Assembly (NCBI GenBank): GCA_963813335.1 | Contig: CAWEYL010000001.1 | Location: 160,001-224,000 of the forward strand | Source: an uncultured Chloroflexia bacterium | Lineage (GTDB): Bacteria > Chloroflexota > Limnocylindria > Limnocylindrales > CSP1-4 | DNA length: 64,000 nucleotides | Reading direction: 5' to 3' | Shown: positions 43,746-53,349 of the stretch, in pieces | Position numbering within the stretch: the first letter of the stretch is position 1 | Layout of the letters: every line of letters starts with the position of its first letter | Program-made: the position numbers and the translations under genes | Notes under the pieces: generated by a model | The model's input: only the letters and a program-made list of their open reading frames with translations | Database searches by the model: none | What the model was told of the DNA's origin: nothing

Positions 43746-44454
43746 GCACTACGTGGTCCGCGCCGCGACGCCGTTCCGGCTCGACGAGCTGTGGCCGTTC
43801 ACCGAGAAGCTCGAGCACTTCGGGCTCGCCGGGTTCGGCTGGGGCGCGTCATGGCTCCAGCCCGACGGCGGCCTCGCCTCCTATCGCGATGTCCGGGCAT
43901 TCGCCGACGACCCGGGGCGCGAGCGGATCGGCGCGGTCGAGACCACCAGCGCGCTCGTCCACCTGCGCCGGCCGTCGAGGCTCTCGACGCTGACGCTGCC
44001 GGACACGCAACCGTTCGACGACCCCGCCGGGCGGTTCGCGTTCAGCCACAACGGCGACCTGCGCGACTACAAGAGCCTGCGAGCGACGTACCGGGAGCAG
44101 GGACGGATCCACGGCCGCGCGGACACGGAGGTGGGTGCGCGCTGGCTCGAGGACGCATGGCATCCGGGCGAGCAGGTCGGCCACCTGCTGGCCGCCCTCC
44201 ACGACCGCTTCGGCGGGCAGGCCAACCTGGCCGTGATCGCCGCCGACGGCACGCCGTCGCACTACGCGGGCAACGGCGAGAACCCGGTCTTCTCGTTCCG
44301 GCTCGGGCGGATCGGGGTCGTCTCGACCGGCATCTACTCGCTGGACCGGTCGCTGTTCCGGTTCGTGGCGCCCGGCGCGAGCACGCGGCGGCTGGTCCCG
44401 CTCCACACGACGGTCTCCCTCGACGGCGACGGGGCACCGACCATCGAAGCGTAG
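43738..44454 (+). CDS. Class II glutamine amidotransferase-like Ntn hydrolase (EgtC/YafJ-like)
   Basis: N-terminal MC, GWG, LVHLR, DTQPF, FSHNG, G.ADTE. Confidence 0.75.
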   Translation: MCEHYVVRAATPFRLDELWPFTEKLEHFGLAGFGWGASWLQPDGGLASYRDVRAFADDPGRERIGAVETTSALVHLRRPSRLSTLTLPDTQPFDDPAGRFAFSHNGDLRDYKSLRATYREQGRIHGRADTEVGARWLEDAWHPGEQVGHLLAALHDRFGGQANLAVIAADGTPSHYAGNGENPVFSFRLGRIGVVSTGIYSLDRSLFRFVAPGASTRRLVPLHTTVSLDGDGAPTIEA

Positions 44455-44537
44455 GATGGTGTAACGACCCTCGCGTCCAGCGCGTCATGGTGGCAGGCCG
44501 ACGGACGGACCTGCTCGCGACAGCACGAGGCGGCAGG

Positions 44538-45884
44538 ATGCAGAGCCCAGACGCATCCGGACCCAGCGACCTGGCGGCGGACGGCCGGCCCACCGCGCGG
44601 CTCCCGATGGGCCAGCTCATCCGGATCTCGCTGTACTGGCTCGGGCTGTCGGCGATCTTCACCGGCCTGAACGTGATCATGACGGGCCGGCTCGTCTTCA
44701 CCGGCTTGGTCCCCGAGGACGAGGTGGGACGGACGCTGTTCCGGCTCACGGCCTTCGGGGCGCTCATCGCCGTCATCGTCCAGCCGACGGTCGGCTCGAT
44801 CTCCGACTACACGATCTCCCGGTGGGGCCGACGCAAGCCGTACATCTTCATCGGCTCGGTCCTCGATGTCGTCTTCCTCATCGGCATCGCGACGAGCAAC
44901 GACCTGGTGGCCATCGCGGCGTTCATCGCACTGCTCCAGTTCAGCTCCAACTTCGCCCAGGGCCCGTTCCAGGGGTATATCCCGGATCTCGTCCCGGCCG
45001 CCCAGGTCGGCTTGGCGAGCGCCCTGGTCGGCGTGATGCAGGTCCTCGGCAACGTGTCGGGCTATGTCGTCGGCGGCATCGCGACGGCCACGCACAACTA
45101 CTCCCTGGGCCTGGTCGCCCTCGGCGTGCTGGAGCTTGCGACGATGCTCTCGGTGGTGATCCGGGTCCGCGAGGGCTCGGTCGCCAAGCCACGCAAGGGC
45201 CGGTCGTGGTGGTCGGTCGCCGGCGAGGCCTGGGGCACCGACATCCTGCGCGAACGCAGCTTCCTCTGGCTCGTCGGGTCGCGCCTCGCCATCCTGATGG
45301 CGGGGTCGTTCCTCACCCAATGGGCGCTGCTCTACCTCAACCGCTCACTCGGCCTCGGTGAGAAGGACGCCGGGACCATCCTGATCCCGCTCGTGGGCGT
45401 GGTCGGGCTCGGGACGCTCGTCTCGGTCGTGCCCGCGGCGAGGATCTCGGACCGCGTCGGTCGCAAGCCGGTGATCTGGGCGAGCTGCGTCATCGGCGCC
45501 ATCGGTCTCGCGACCACGGCGATCGCCCCGAGCGTTCCGGTCGCGTTCCTCGGCGCGGTGATCTATGGGCTGTCCGCCGGGATCTTCCTGGCCGTGGACT
45601 GGGCGCTGATGACCGACATCATCCCGAAGGCGTCGACGGGCCGCTACATGGGCCTGTCGAATGTCGCCACGGCGTCGGCGGGTGTGCTCGCGGTCGCCGT
45701 CGGCGGCGTGGTGATCGACCTCGTGGGCGGGGGGCAGGGCGTCCGGGACGCGCTCTGGATCGGCGTCCTCCTGATGGGCGTCGGCGCGCTCCTGCTCAGG
45801 CCGGTCGACGAGCGCCGTCGTGAGATCGGCGACGACCCGACACCGGTCGTGGTGCTGTCAGAGGCGGCGACGCCGCTCGCCTAG
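44538..45884 (+). CDS. MFS transporter
   Basis: About 12 TM helices, with GSISDYTISRWGRRKPY and ISDRVGRK motif-A loops. Confidence 0.88.
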   Translation: MQSPDASGPSDLAADGRPTARLPMGQLIRISLYWLGLSAIFTGLNVIMTGRLVFTGLVPEDEVGRTLFRLTAFGALIAVIVQPTVGSISDYTISRWGRRKPYIFIGSVLDVVFLIGIATSNDLVAIAAFIALLQFSSNFAQGPFQGYIPDLVPAAQVGLASALVGVMQVLGNVSGYVVGGIATATHNYSLGLVALGVLELATMLSVVIRVREGSVAKPRKGRSWWSVAGEAWGTDILRERSFLWLVGSRLAILMAGSFLTQWALLYLNRSLGLGEKDAGTILIPLVGVVGLGTLVSVVPAARISDRVGRKPVIWASCVIGAIGLATTAIAPSVPVAFLGAVIYGLSAGIFLAVDWALMTDIIPKASTGRYMGLSNVATASAGVLAVAVGGVVIDLVGGGQGVRDALWIGVLLMGVGALLLRPVDERRREIGDDPTPVVVLSEAATPLA

Positions 45885-46816
45885 CTCGCGCTCGGCCTCG
45901 GACCCGCGACGCGCGCTCGCGCGATCCCAAACCAGCGGCGCCACGTGGACGGTCGCAGGAAGTCGAACGGGTCGGGCCGGCGGTACAGCCATGGCACGAA
46001 CGCCCAGAGGTAGACGAGGTAGTCGAGGCGGACCGGCCGCGCCCCGAACCCGAAGAGCACCTGGAGCTGGATGATCGTGAGCGGCAGCGTGATGATGCTG
46101 AGCGCGATCGAGACCGCGAGCCAGAGCAGGCCCCATCGCCGCGTCCGCGGCGCGAGGATGAACCAGTGGATGGCCGGGATCCATTTCATCCATGTCGCGA
46201 GGGCCCACAGCAGCCCGCCGAGGCGCGGACCCGTGAATTGGGCGGCCCACAGCATCAGCGTGAGTTGCAGGTTGATGTTGCCGGTATCGAGATTGGCCCC
46301 GAACGGGAACGCCAGCAGCGCGAAGATGACCGCGGTGGTCAGCGGCCGCTGGCGATACGCCCAGTGGATGGTCCAGAGCAGCAGCAGGATCGTGCCGCCG
46401 CGCCACACGAACCAGGCGACGTCCCACGGCAGGATCGCCCACGGCGTGAACAGCGGCAGCATCCACGGGGCGTAGACGTACGGGAGGAACGGGCCTGTCG
46501 GGTGGTAGGCGTCGCCGCCGTTCAGCCAGATGCGGACGGCCGCCCAGTAGGCCCGTGCATCGGCCCCGCCGGGCTCGCCGCGTGCGATGAGACCGGCCGC
46601 GAGCAGCGCGAAGGACAGGCTGAGCAGCAGGATCGCGGCGATGCGCCGCGGGTCGTGGAGCCGCGACCACTCCCGCCGCAGGGCCCGCCGGAAGACGCCG
46701 GCCCGGCGCCTCGTCGGGCGGTCGAGCAGGTCCGAGAGGTCGACCACGATCCGCCCGCGTCCCTGGGCCGAGCCGGGGATCGGGTGAAGACCGGCGGGCT
46801 CCTCCTCATCGGTCAT
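45881..46816 (-). CDS. GT87 (DUF2029)-like membrane glycosyltransferase
   Basis: DARAYW.A...G.DAY, PYVYAP, GNIN, K.IP, with multiple TM helices. Confidence 0.7.
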   Translation of the reverse strand: MTDEEEPAGLHPIPGSAQGRGRIVVDLSDLLDRPTRRRAGVFRRALRREWSRLHDPRRIAAILLLSLSFALLAAGLIARGEPGGADARAYWAAVRIWLNGGDAYHPTGPFLPYVYAPWMLPLFTPWAILPWDVAWFVWRGGTILLLLWTIHWAYRQRPLTTAVIFALLAFPFGANLDTGNINLQLTLMLWAAQFTGPRLGGLLWALATWMKWIPAIHWFILAPRTRRWGLLWLAVSIALSIITLPLTIIQLQVLFGFGARPVRLDYLVYLWAFVPWLYRRPDPFDFLRPSTWRRWFGIARARVAGPRPSAS

Positions 46817-46919
46817 GGCGGGGCGATTCTCGCACGCCCGTTGCGCGGCCCGTCTCGGCGTGCGGACCGGCCGAGAAGGTATCCTCTCCGCCAACCACCG
46901 TCGAAGTGCCAGGAGGCCC

Positions 46920-47756
46920 GTGGCCGAGGGAACCGTCATCATCATCGGCGGCGCCGAGGACAAGGTCCGGGACCGGGTCATCCTCAGCCGGTTCGTGGCG
47001 CTCGCGGGCGGCGTGGACGCCACGATCGCGGTCATCTCCACCGCGTCGTCGCTGGGGCTGGAGGCGGGCGAGCGCTACCGCGAGGTCTTCGGCGAACTGG
47101 GGGTCACGCAGGTCCGGCCGCTGCACGCGGTCACCCGCCCGCAGGCCAACGACGAGTCCGCGGTGCTGGCGGTCCGCGACGCGACCGGCATCTTCCTGAC
47201 CGGCGGCAACCAGCTCCGCCTGTCCTCGACCATCGGCGGGACGCGGCTGGCGGACGCGATCATGGAGCGGTTCCGCCACGGTGCGGTCGTCGCCGGGACC
47301 TCGGCGGGCGCGTCGGCGATGTCCAGCCACATGATCGCGTTCGGGGCGTCCGGGGCGACCCCGAAGCACCGCATGGCCCAGATCTCCGCGGGGCTCGGCG
47401 TGCTCCCCGGCGTCATCGTCGACCAGCACTTCCAGCAGCGCAATCGGCTCGGCCGGCTGCTCAGCCTGATCGCCCAGAACCCGTCCCTCCTGGGGCTCGG
47501 CGTGGACGAGGACACGGCCGGCGTCGTCGGTCCCGATCACATCATGGAGGTCATCGGCCGCGGGTCGATCACGGTGGTCGACGGCGCGCAGTCCGAGACC
47601 GACGCCTGGGAGGTCCATGGCCACCGTCCGCTGATGATCAGCGGGGTCGTGCTGCATTCCCTGCCGGCGGGCTACCGCTTCGACCTGCGCCGCCGCGAGC
47701 GCATCATGACCCCGGCCCTCCACGCCCTGCCCGGCGGCGAGGCCGCGTCGAGCTAG
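46920..47756 (+). CDS. cphB: Cyanophycinase
   Basis: IIGGAEDK, IFLTGGNQ.RL, GTSAGA (catalytic Ser), VDQHF..RNR.GRL, GVDEDT. SD AGGAGG precedes the GTG. Confidence 0.93.
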   Translation: MAEGTVIIIGGAEDKVRDRVILSRFVALAGGVDATIAVISTASSLGLEAGERYREVFGELGVTQVRPLHAVTRPQANDESAVLAVRDATGIFLTGGNQLRLSSTIGGTRLADAIMERFRHGAVVAGTSAGASAMSSHMIAFGASGATPKHRMAQISAGLGVLPGVIVDQHFQQRNRLGRLLSLIAQNPSLLGLGVDEDTAGVVGPDHIMEVIGRGSITVVDGAQSETDAWEVHGHRPLMISGVVLHSLPAGYRFDLRRRERIMTPALHALPGGEAASS

Positions 47757-47810
47757 GCCGACCGATCCCGTCCGGCCGGGCAGCCGCCCGTGTCGACCAA
47801 GGAGGAACCC

Positions 47811-50669
47811 GTGGCCCAGAGCGCACCAGCGTCGCGCACGAAACGCAGCCCTCGATCGTCGAAGGTGGCGGCGACGGCGGACGCCACGGGGCCGCTGCCG
47901 ACGCTGCGCATCCTCGAGACCCGGGTCCTGCGCGGGCCGAACTACTGGGCGCGCGAGCCGGTCATCCGCATGCTGGTCGACCTCGGCGTCCTCGAGGAGT
48001 ACCCCTCGAGCAAGCTGCCGGGCTTCACGGACGCCCTCGTCGCGCTGATGCCGACGCTCGAGGACCATGCCTGCTCGCTCGGTCGGCGCGGCGGCTTCAT
48101 CACCCGGCTCCGTGACGGGACGTGGGCCGGCCACATCGCCGAGCATGTCGCCCTCGAGTTCCAGAACCTTGCCGGCACGAACGTCCGCCACGGCAAGACC
48201 CGCTCGGCGGGGACCACCGGGCAGTACAACTGCATCTACGAGTACGGCGAGGAGACGGTGGGCCTGGAGGCCGGGCGGATGGCCGTCGGGCTGGTCAACC
48301 ATCTCGTCGCCCCGGACGACCCGGAGGTCTTCTTCGACTTCGCCCCGCAGCTCGAGGCGCTCATCCGGGTGGCCGAGCGGTCGGCGTTCGGCCCCTCGAC
48401 CCAGGCGCTCATCGACGAGGCGGTCAGCCGCGACATCCCGTTCATCCGCCTGGACCGCCACTCGCTGGTCCAGTTCGGGCACGGCGTCCACCAGCAGCGG
48501 ATCCGCGCGACGATGACCTCGAAGACGTCGGCGATCGGGGTCGACATCGCGTCCGACAAGAACCTGACCAACAAGCTGCTCGACTCGGCGGGCCTGCCGG
48601 TGCCGCGCTCCGAGGTGGTGGACACCGAGGAGGCCACCGTCGCCGCGGCGAAGCGGTTCGGCTACCCGTGCGTGGTCAAGCCGCTCGACGGCAACCACGG
48701 CCGCGGCGTCCACCTGGACCTGCGCTCCGAGGAGGCGGTGCGCGCCGCGTTCCACGGGGCCCGTGCCGAGAGCCGTTCGGGTGACCTCGTGGTCGAGACG
48801 TACGTGGCGGGCAACGACTATCGCTGCCTGGTCATCGGCGGCAGGATCGCGGCCATCGCGGAGCGCGTGCCCGCGTCGGTCACCGGCGACGGCGAGCACA
48901 CCGTCCGCCAGCTGGTGGACATCGCCAACGCCGACCCCCGCCGCGGCATCGGGCACGAGAAGGTGCTGACCCGGATCAAGCTGGACGAGGCCGCGGAGGA
49001 CCTCGCGCGCAAGCAGGGCTACGAGCCCGATTCGGTCCCGCCCGAGGGCACGTGGCTCAAGCTGGCGCTGACCGGCAACATGTCGACGGGCGGCACGTCC
49101 ATCGACCGCACCATCGATGCCCACCCCGACAACATCGAGATCGCGGAGACCGCGGCGCAGATCGTCGGCCTCGACGTCGCCGGCATCGACTTCATCTGCC
49201 CGGACATCGCCACCCCGGTCCGCGAGACCGGCGGCGCGATCGTCGAGGTCAACGCGGCGCCCGGCTTCCGGATGCACACCAACCCGACCGAGGGCGAGCC
49301 GCAGTACGTCGCCCGGCCGGTCATCGATTCGCTGTTCCCGCCCGGCGTGTCGGCGCGCATCCCGATCGTGGCGGTGACCGGCACGAACGGCAAGACCACG
49401 ACGGTCCGGATGATCGCCCACATCCTCAAGCTGATGGGCCGGCGGGTCGGCATGACCTCGACCGACGGCATCGTGGTCGACGGCCGGCTGATCAAGAAGG
49501 GCGACATGTCCGGGCCGAAATCGGCCCAGACCGTGCTCCAGAACCCGACCGTGGACACCGCCGTCTTCGAGGTCGCCCGCGGCGGCATCCTGCGCGAGGG
49601 GCTGGGCTACGACCGCAACGACGTCGCGGTGGTGACCAACGTGGCCGGCGACCACCTCGGGCTCGGCGGCATCAACACGATCGGCCAGCTGGCCAACGTC
49701 AAGGGCGTGGTCGTGGAGGCGGTGCCGCGCTCCGGGACCGCGGTCCTCAACGCCGACGACGGCCACGTCTACCGCATGGGCCGCCACTGCGCCGGGCGGG
49801 TCGTGCTCTTCAGCATGTCGACGACGAAGGGCGAGGACGGCTTCGACCGCGTCGACGGGCACACCGGGCGGGGCGGGGCGGCGTTCTGCCTCGAGCCGTC
49901 GGCGGAGGGCGAGCTGATCGTCCTCAAGCTCGGGCCGCGGACGATGCCCGTGCTGTACACGCACCTGATCCCGGCGACGTTCGGCGGTCGGGCCCGGATG
50001 AACGTGGCGAACGCCCTGGCTGCGGCGGCCGCCGCGTGGGCCGCCGGCGCGCACCTGCACGACATCCGCCAGGGCCTGCGGACGTTCTCGACGTCGTTCT
50101 TCCAGGCGCCCGGCCGGCTCAACCTGCTCGACGTCGGCGGGGTGCGGGTCGTCATCGACTACTGCCACAACGTCGACGGGATGCGCCAGCTCGCCGACTT
50201 CGTGACCCGGATGATGGAGGAGACGCAGACGAAGGCCGGGCGGATCGGGGCGGCGAAGGCCGCCCAGCGGAACGGGCGCGCGATCGGCGTGCTCGGCATC
50301 CCCGGCGACCGGCGCGACGCGGACCAGCGCGAGTATGGCGCGATCGCGGCGACCGCCTTCGACGAGATCATCGTCCGCGAGGACAAGAACCTGCGCGGGC
50401 GGGCACCCGGCGAGACGGCGACCAATGTGCTCGACGGCGTGCGCGGGGCCAAGGCGAGCGGCAGCGGGCGCACGACCCGGTCCGACAAGATCCTCGAGGA
50501 GATGGCCGCGGTCCGCGCCGCGCTCCGCCGGGCGATCCCGGGCGACCTGGTCGTGTGCTGCGTCGACGACGCGATCGCCGTCTACCGCGAGGCCACGGCC
50601 GCCGCCGGCACGTCCCGTGGCGGCACGGCGTTCACCGACCCGGGCGAGTGGACCGCGCCCGAGGGCTGA
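47811..50669 (+). CDS. cphA: Cyanophycin synthetase (full N-G-M architecture)
   Basis: LRGPNYW; N domain HACS...GTWAGHIAEH; ATP-grasp GPST, VVKPLDGNHGRGV, EVNAAPG; Mur-like GTNGKTTT, EVARGG, DYCHN. Alternative start at 47790. Confidence 0.95.
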   Translation: MAQSAPASRTKRSPRSSKVAATADATGPLPTLRILETRVLRGPNYWAREPVIRMLVDLGVLEEYPSSKLPGFTDALVALMPTLEDHACSLGRRGGFITRLRDGTWAGHIAEHVALEFQNLAGTNVRHGKTRSAGTTGQYNCIYEYGEETVGLEAGRMAVGLVNHLVAPDDPEVFFDFAPQLEALIRVAERSAFGPSTQALIDEAVSRDIPFIRLDRHSLVQFGHGVHQQRIRATMTSKTSAIGVDIASDKNLTNKLLDSAGLPVPRSEVVDTEEATVAAAKRFGYPCVVKPLDGNHGRGVHLDLRSEEAVRAAFHGARAESRSGDLVVETYVAGNDYRCLVIGGRIAAIAERVPASVTGDGEHTVRQLVDIANADPRRGIGHEKVLTRIKLDEAAEDLARKQGYEPDSVPPEGTWLKLALTGNMSTGGTSIDRTIDAHPDNIEIAETAAQIVGLDVAGIDFICPDIATPVRETGGAIVEVNAAPGFRMHTNPTEGEPQYVARPVIDSLFPPGVSARIPIVAVTGTNGKTTTVRMIAHILKLMGRRVGMTSTDGIVVDGRLIKKGDMSGPKSAQTVLQNPTVDTAVFEVARGGILREGLGYDRNDVAVVTNVAGDHLGLGGINTIGQLANVKGVVVEAVPRSGTAVLNADDGHVYRMGRHCAGRVVLFSMSTTKGEDGFDRVDGHTGRGGAAFCLEPSAEGELIVLKLGPRTMPVLYTHLIPATFGGRARMNVANALAAAAAAWAAGAHLHDIRQGLRTFSTSFFQAPGRLNLLDVGGVRVVIDYCHNVDGMRQLADFVTRMMEETQTKAGRIGAAKAAQRNGRAIGVLGIPGDRRDADQREYGAIAATAFDEIIVREDKNLRGRAPGETATNVLDGVRGAKASGSGRTTRSDKILEEMAAVRAALRRAIPGDLVVCCVDDAIAVYREATAAAGTSRGGTAFTDPGEWTAPEG

Positions 50670-50817
50670 CGCGCCGCCCCGGTTCACCTCCTCCCATCCG
50701 GTTCACCTCCAGTGAACGGATGCATCCTCAAGCGCCCGACCGACCGCATCGAGCCTGCGTACGACCCGCACGGTGTATCGTGCTACTCGTGAGTAGCGTG
50801 TTCGCGGTCCGGAACGT

Positions 50818-51549
50818 ATGACCCGGCTCCCGGATCTGCGGCGGCGGCCGTGGGTCATGCGGATGCGCTGGGTCGACCTGCTGTTCGCACACTGGGCCGT
50901 CGATGCCGATGCCCTGCGCGCGAAGCTGCCGGACGGGCTCGACCTCGACCTGTTCGAGGGGCGCGCCTGGCTCGGCATCGTGCCGTTCGTGATGGAGGAC
51001 GTCGGGCCGCGCGGGCTGCCGGCGCCGCCGGCGGCCGGGCGGTTCCCGGAGCTCAACGTGCGGACCTACGTGCGCCACGAGGGCCGGCCGGGGGTCTGGT
51101 TCCTGAGCCTGGACGCGGCGAGCCGGCCGGCCGTGGAGGGCGCCAGGGCGAGCTTCCATCTGCCGTACTTCCACGCGGCGATGTCGACGGGTCGCGTGCG
51201 CGAGGTGATCGACTACCGCTCGGTCCGGGACGACCAGCGCGGGCCGCCCGCCCGGTTCACGGCGCGCTACCGGGCGACTGGGCCGGTCGAACGAGCGGCG
51301 CCGGGCTCGTTGGAGTCGTGGCTGACGGATCGGATGCGCCTGTTCGCGGCTGACGGGGAGGGGACGATCGCGCGGACCGAGATCATGCACCGACCCTGGC
51401 CGCTGCAACCGGCGGCCGCGCGCATCGAGCGCAACACGATGGCCGAGGCGCACGGCCTGACGCTCTCCGACGAGCCGCCGCACCTGCTGTACTCGGCACG
51501 GCTCGACGTCCGCGCCTGGTGGCCGAAGGTCGACCGGACCGAGGGCTGA
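50818..51549 (+). CDS. DUF2071/YqjF-family protein
   Basis: W.DLLFAHW, AWLGIVPF.M, FPELNVRTYV, GVWFLSLDA, LPYF, H.PWPLQ. Confidence 0.88.
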   Translation: MTRLPDLRRRPWVMRMRWVDLLFAHWAVDADALRAKLPDGLDLDLFEGRAWLGIVPFVMEDVGPRGLPAPPAAGRFPELNVRTYVRHEGRPGVWFLSLDAASRPAVEGARASFHLPYFHAAMSTGRVREVIDYRSVRDDQRGPPARFTARYRATGPVERAAPGSLESWLTDRMRLFAADGEGTIARTEIMHRPWPLQPAAARIERNTMAEAHGLTLSDEPPHLLYSARLDVRAWWPKVDRTEG

Positions 51550-51564
51550 GCCCGGCGCCTGTCC

Positions 51565-53316
51565 CTACCGCGGCCGACCCTGCAGCCGCGGCACCAGCGT
51601 CGTGAGCTCCGAGGCGATGTCGACCGGCCGCGCCCCCAGCGCGGCCAGCAGCTCGAACACGGCCTCGCGCTCCTCGTGGCACATCAGCACGATGACCCGG
51701 GCATCGCCGCGGCCGCCGGTCGGCCCGTGGCCCGCGGCCCCGTTCAGTTCAGCCCGGAGCGCAGCCGTCTCGGACTCGTAGATCGCGACGTCCGCCGCAT
51801 CCCCGCCGCCGGCGACCACCCCGGCCAGTAGCTCCCCGACGACGGACTCGGCCGACCGCCCGCGGAGGTAGCGGAGGGTCTGCTTGATGGCGACCCGCTG
51901 CGCCCGCTCGGCGGCGATCCGCCCGATGCCGCGCAGCGTGTCGTCCGGCCGGTCGCCGGCCGTGCCGATGATCGCGGTGATCGGGGTGGCGCGACCCGCG
52001 GCCCCCGCGGCGATCCCTTCCGCCACGTCCAGCACGGCCGAGATCCCCGCCTCGTTGTGGGCGAAGTCGACGATGACGATCCGCCCGCCGAGGCGGAACA
52101 GGTTCAGGCGCCCCGGTGAGATGTCGGCGGTCGGCCGGAAGTCGAGGAGGCCATCGCGGACCTGCTCGATCGTGGCGCCGAGCCCGCGCGCCCCGCCGGC
52201 CGCCGCGAGCGCGTTCGCGACGTTGTGGCGGGCCAGCCCGCCGATCGTGATCGGGATCCGGCCGACCTCCGCGATCTCGGTCTCGCGTTCGCCGTCGGCC
52301 TCGATGAGCGTCCCGCGCCGGGCAATGTATGCGCGCCCGCCCCGGGCGCGATGGCGAACGACGATGGGCGACGCCGCGTCGAGCGCGAAGTAGGCGACCT
52401 GCGCGTGCACACGACGGGCGACCGCCGCGACCAGCGGGTCGTCGGCGTTGAGCACCACCCAGCCGTCCGGCTTCGTGATGCGGCAGATGGTCGACTTCAC
52501 CTCGGCCAGCTCGGGGAGGGTGTGGATCCCCTGCAGGTCGAGATGGTCGGACGAGACGTTGGTCAGCACGCTCGCCTCGTTGGATTCGTAGCCGACGCCG
52601 CGCAGGACGATGCCGCCGCGCGCGGTCTCGAGGACGGCGACGTCGATGTCGCGGCGGGCCAGGATCTGCTGCGCGCCGCCCGGGCCGGTCCAGTCGCCAG
52701 GATCGACCATCCGCTCGTCGACGAGGACGCCGTCGGAGGTGGTCATGCCGACGTGCCGGCCGGCGCCCATCAGGATGTGCGCGATCAGTCGCGTGACCGT
52801 GCTCTTGCCGTTCGTCCCCGAGATCGAGACGACCGGCACGTGCCGCTCGGCGTCGTGGATCCAGGACGGCGGGGTCGCCCGCGCCTCGGCGATCCGGTCG
52901 CTCCAGCGCTCCAGCAGCCTGGCCTGGGCGCCGGTGAGGTGGGCATGCCGCGACGGCGAGACGTCCCGATCGGTCAGCGCGAGCGCGGCCTCGGCGATGA
53001 CCTGCGCCCGCTCCGCCCCGCGCCACGGCACCGTGACGATCCAGTGCCCCGGGTCCGACGAGCGGTGGACGCGCAGCCCGCCGGTCCCCTCGCCGTGCTC
53101 GGTCCGCAGGCGGCGCAGCCAGGCCGCCAGCGTCACGATCCCGTACGGCCAGTCGCGGGGCGGCACGGCGGCACCCAGCCGGACGAGCGCATGGCGCGCC
53201 GGGTCGCGCTGGCCGTACCAGGTCCGCCGCCGGCCGATGGCGACCTCGAGCTTGACCACCGGCTCCAGCCGGTAGACGTTGGGCCCCTCGAACAGGCGGG
53301 TCTCGACCAGTCGCAC
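51565..53316 (-). CDS. CphA-like Mur-ligase protein lacking the ATP-grasp domain
   Basis: Starts VRLVETRLFEGPNVY (cf. CphA LRILETRVLRGPNYW). After ~155 aa it goes directly to PVVSISGTNGKST, GMTTSDG, VLETARGG..LRG.GY, DHL, VLNADD, HNVANALAA, PGRLN, DFAHN, GDRPD. Confidence 0.85.
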   Translation of the reverse strand: MRLVETRLFEGPNVYRLEPVVKLEVAIGRRRTWYGQRDPARHALVRLGAAVPPRDWPYGIVTLAAWLRRLRTEHGEGTGGLRVHRSSDPGHWIVTVPWRGAERAQVIAEAALALTDRDVSPSRHAHLTGAQARLLERWSDRIAEARATPPSWIHDAERHVPVVSISGTNGKSTVTRLIAHILMGAGRHVGMTTSDGVLVDERMVDPGDWTGPGGAQQILARRDIDVAVLETARGGIVLRGVGYESNEASVLTNVSSDHLDLQGIHTLPELAEVKSTICRITKPDGWVVLNADDPLVAAVARRVHAQVAYFALDAASPIVVRHRARGGRAYIARRGTLIEADGERETEIAEVGRIPITIGGLARHNVANALAAAGGARGLGATIEQVRDGLLDFRPTADISPGRLNLFRLGGRIVIVDFAHNEAGISAVLDVAEGIAAGAAGRATPITAIIGTAGDRPDDTLRGIGRIAAERAQRVAIKQTLRYLRGRSAESVVGELLAGVVAGGGDAADVAIYESETAALRAELNGAAGHGPTGGRGDARVIVLMCHEEREAVFELLAALGARPVDIASELTTLVPRLQGRPR

Positions 53317-53349
53317 GGTCCGGGCAGGATAGCAACTAGACTCGGCGCG

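Noticed and set aside
50679-50719. CCGGTTCACCTCC direct repeat and small hairpin after cphA
   Set aside because: Too short to separate from a simple terminator-like hairpin, and its similarity to the 63-bp family is too weak.
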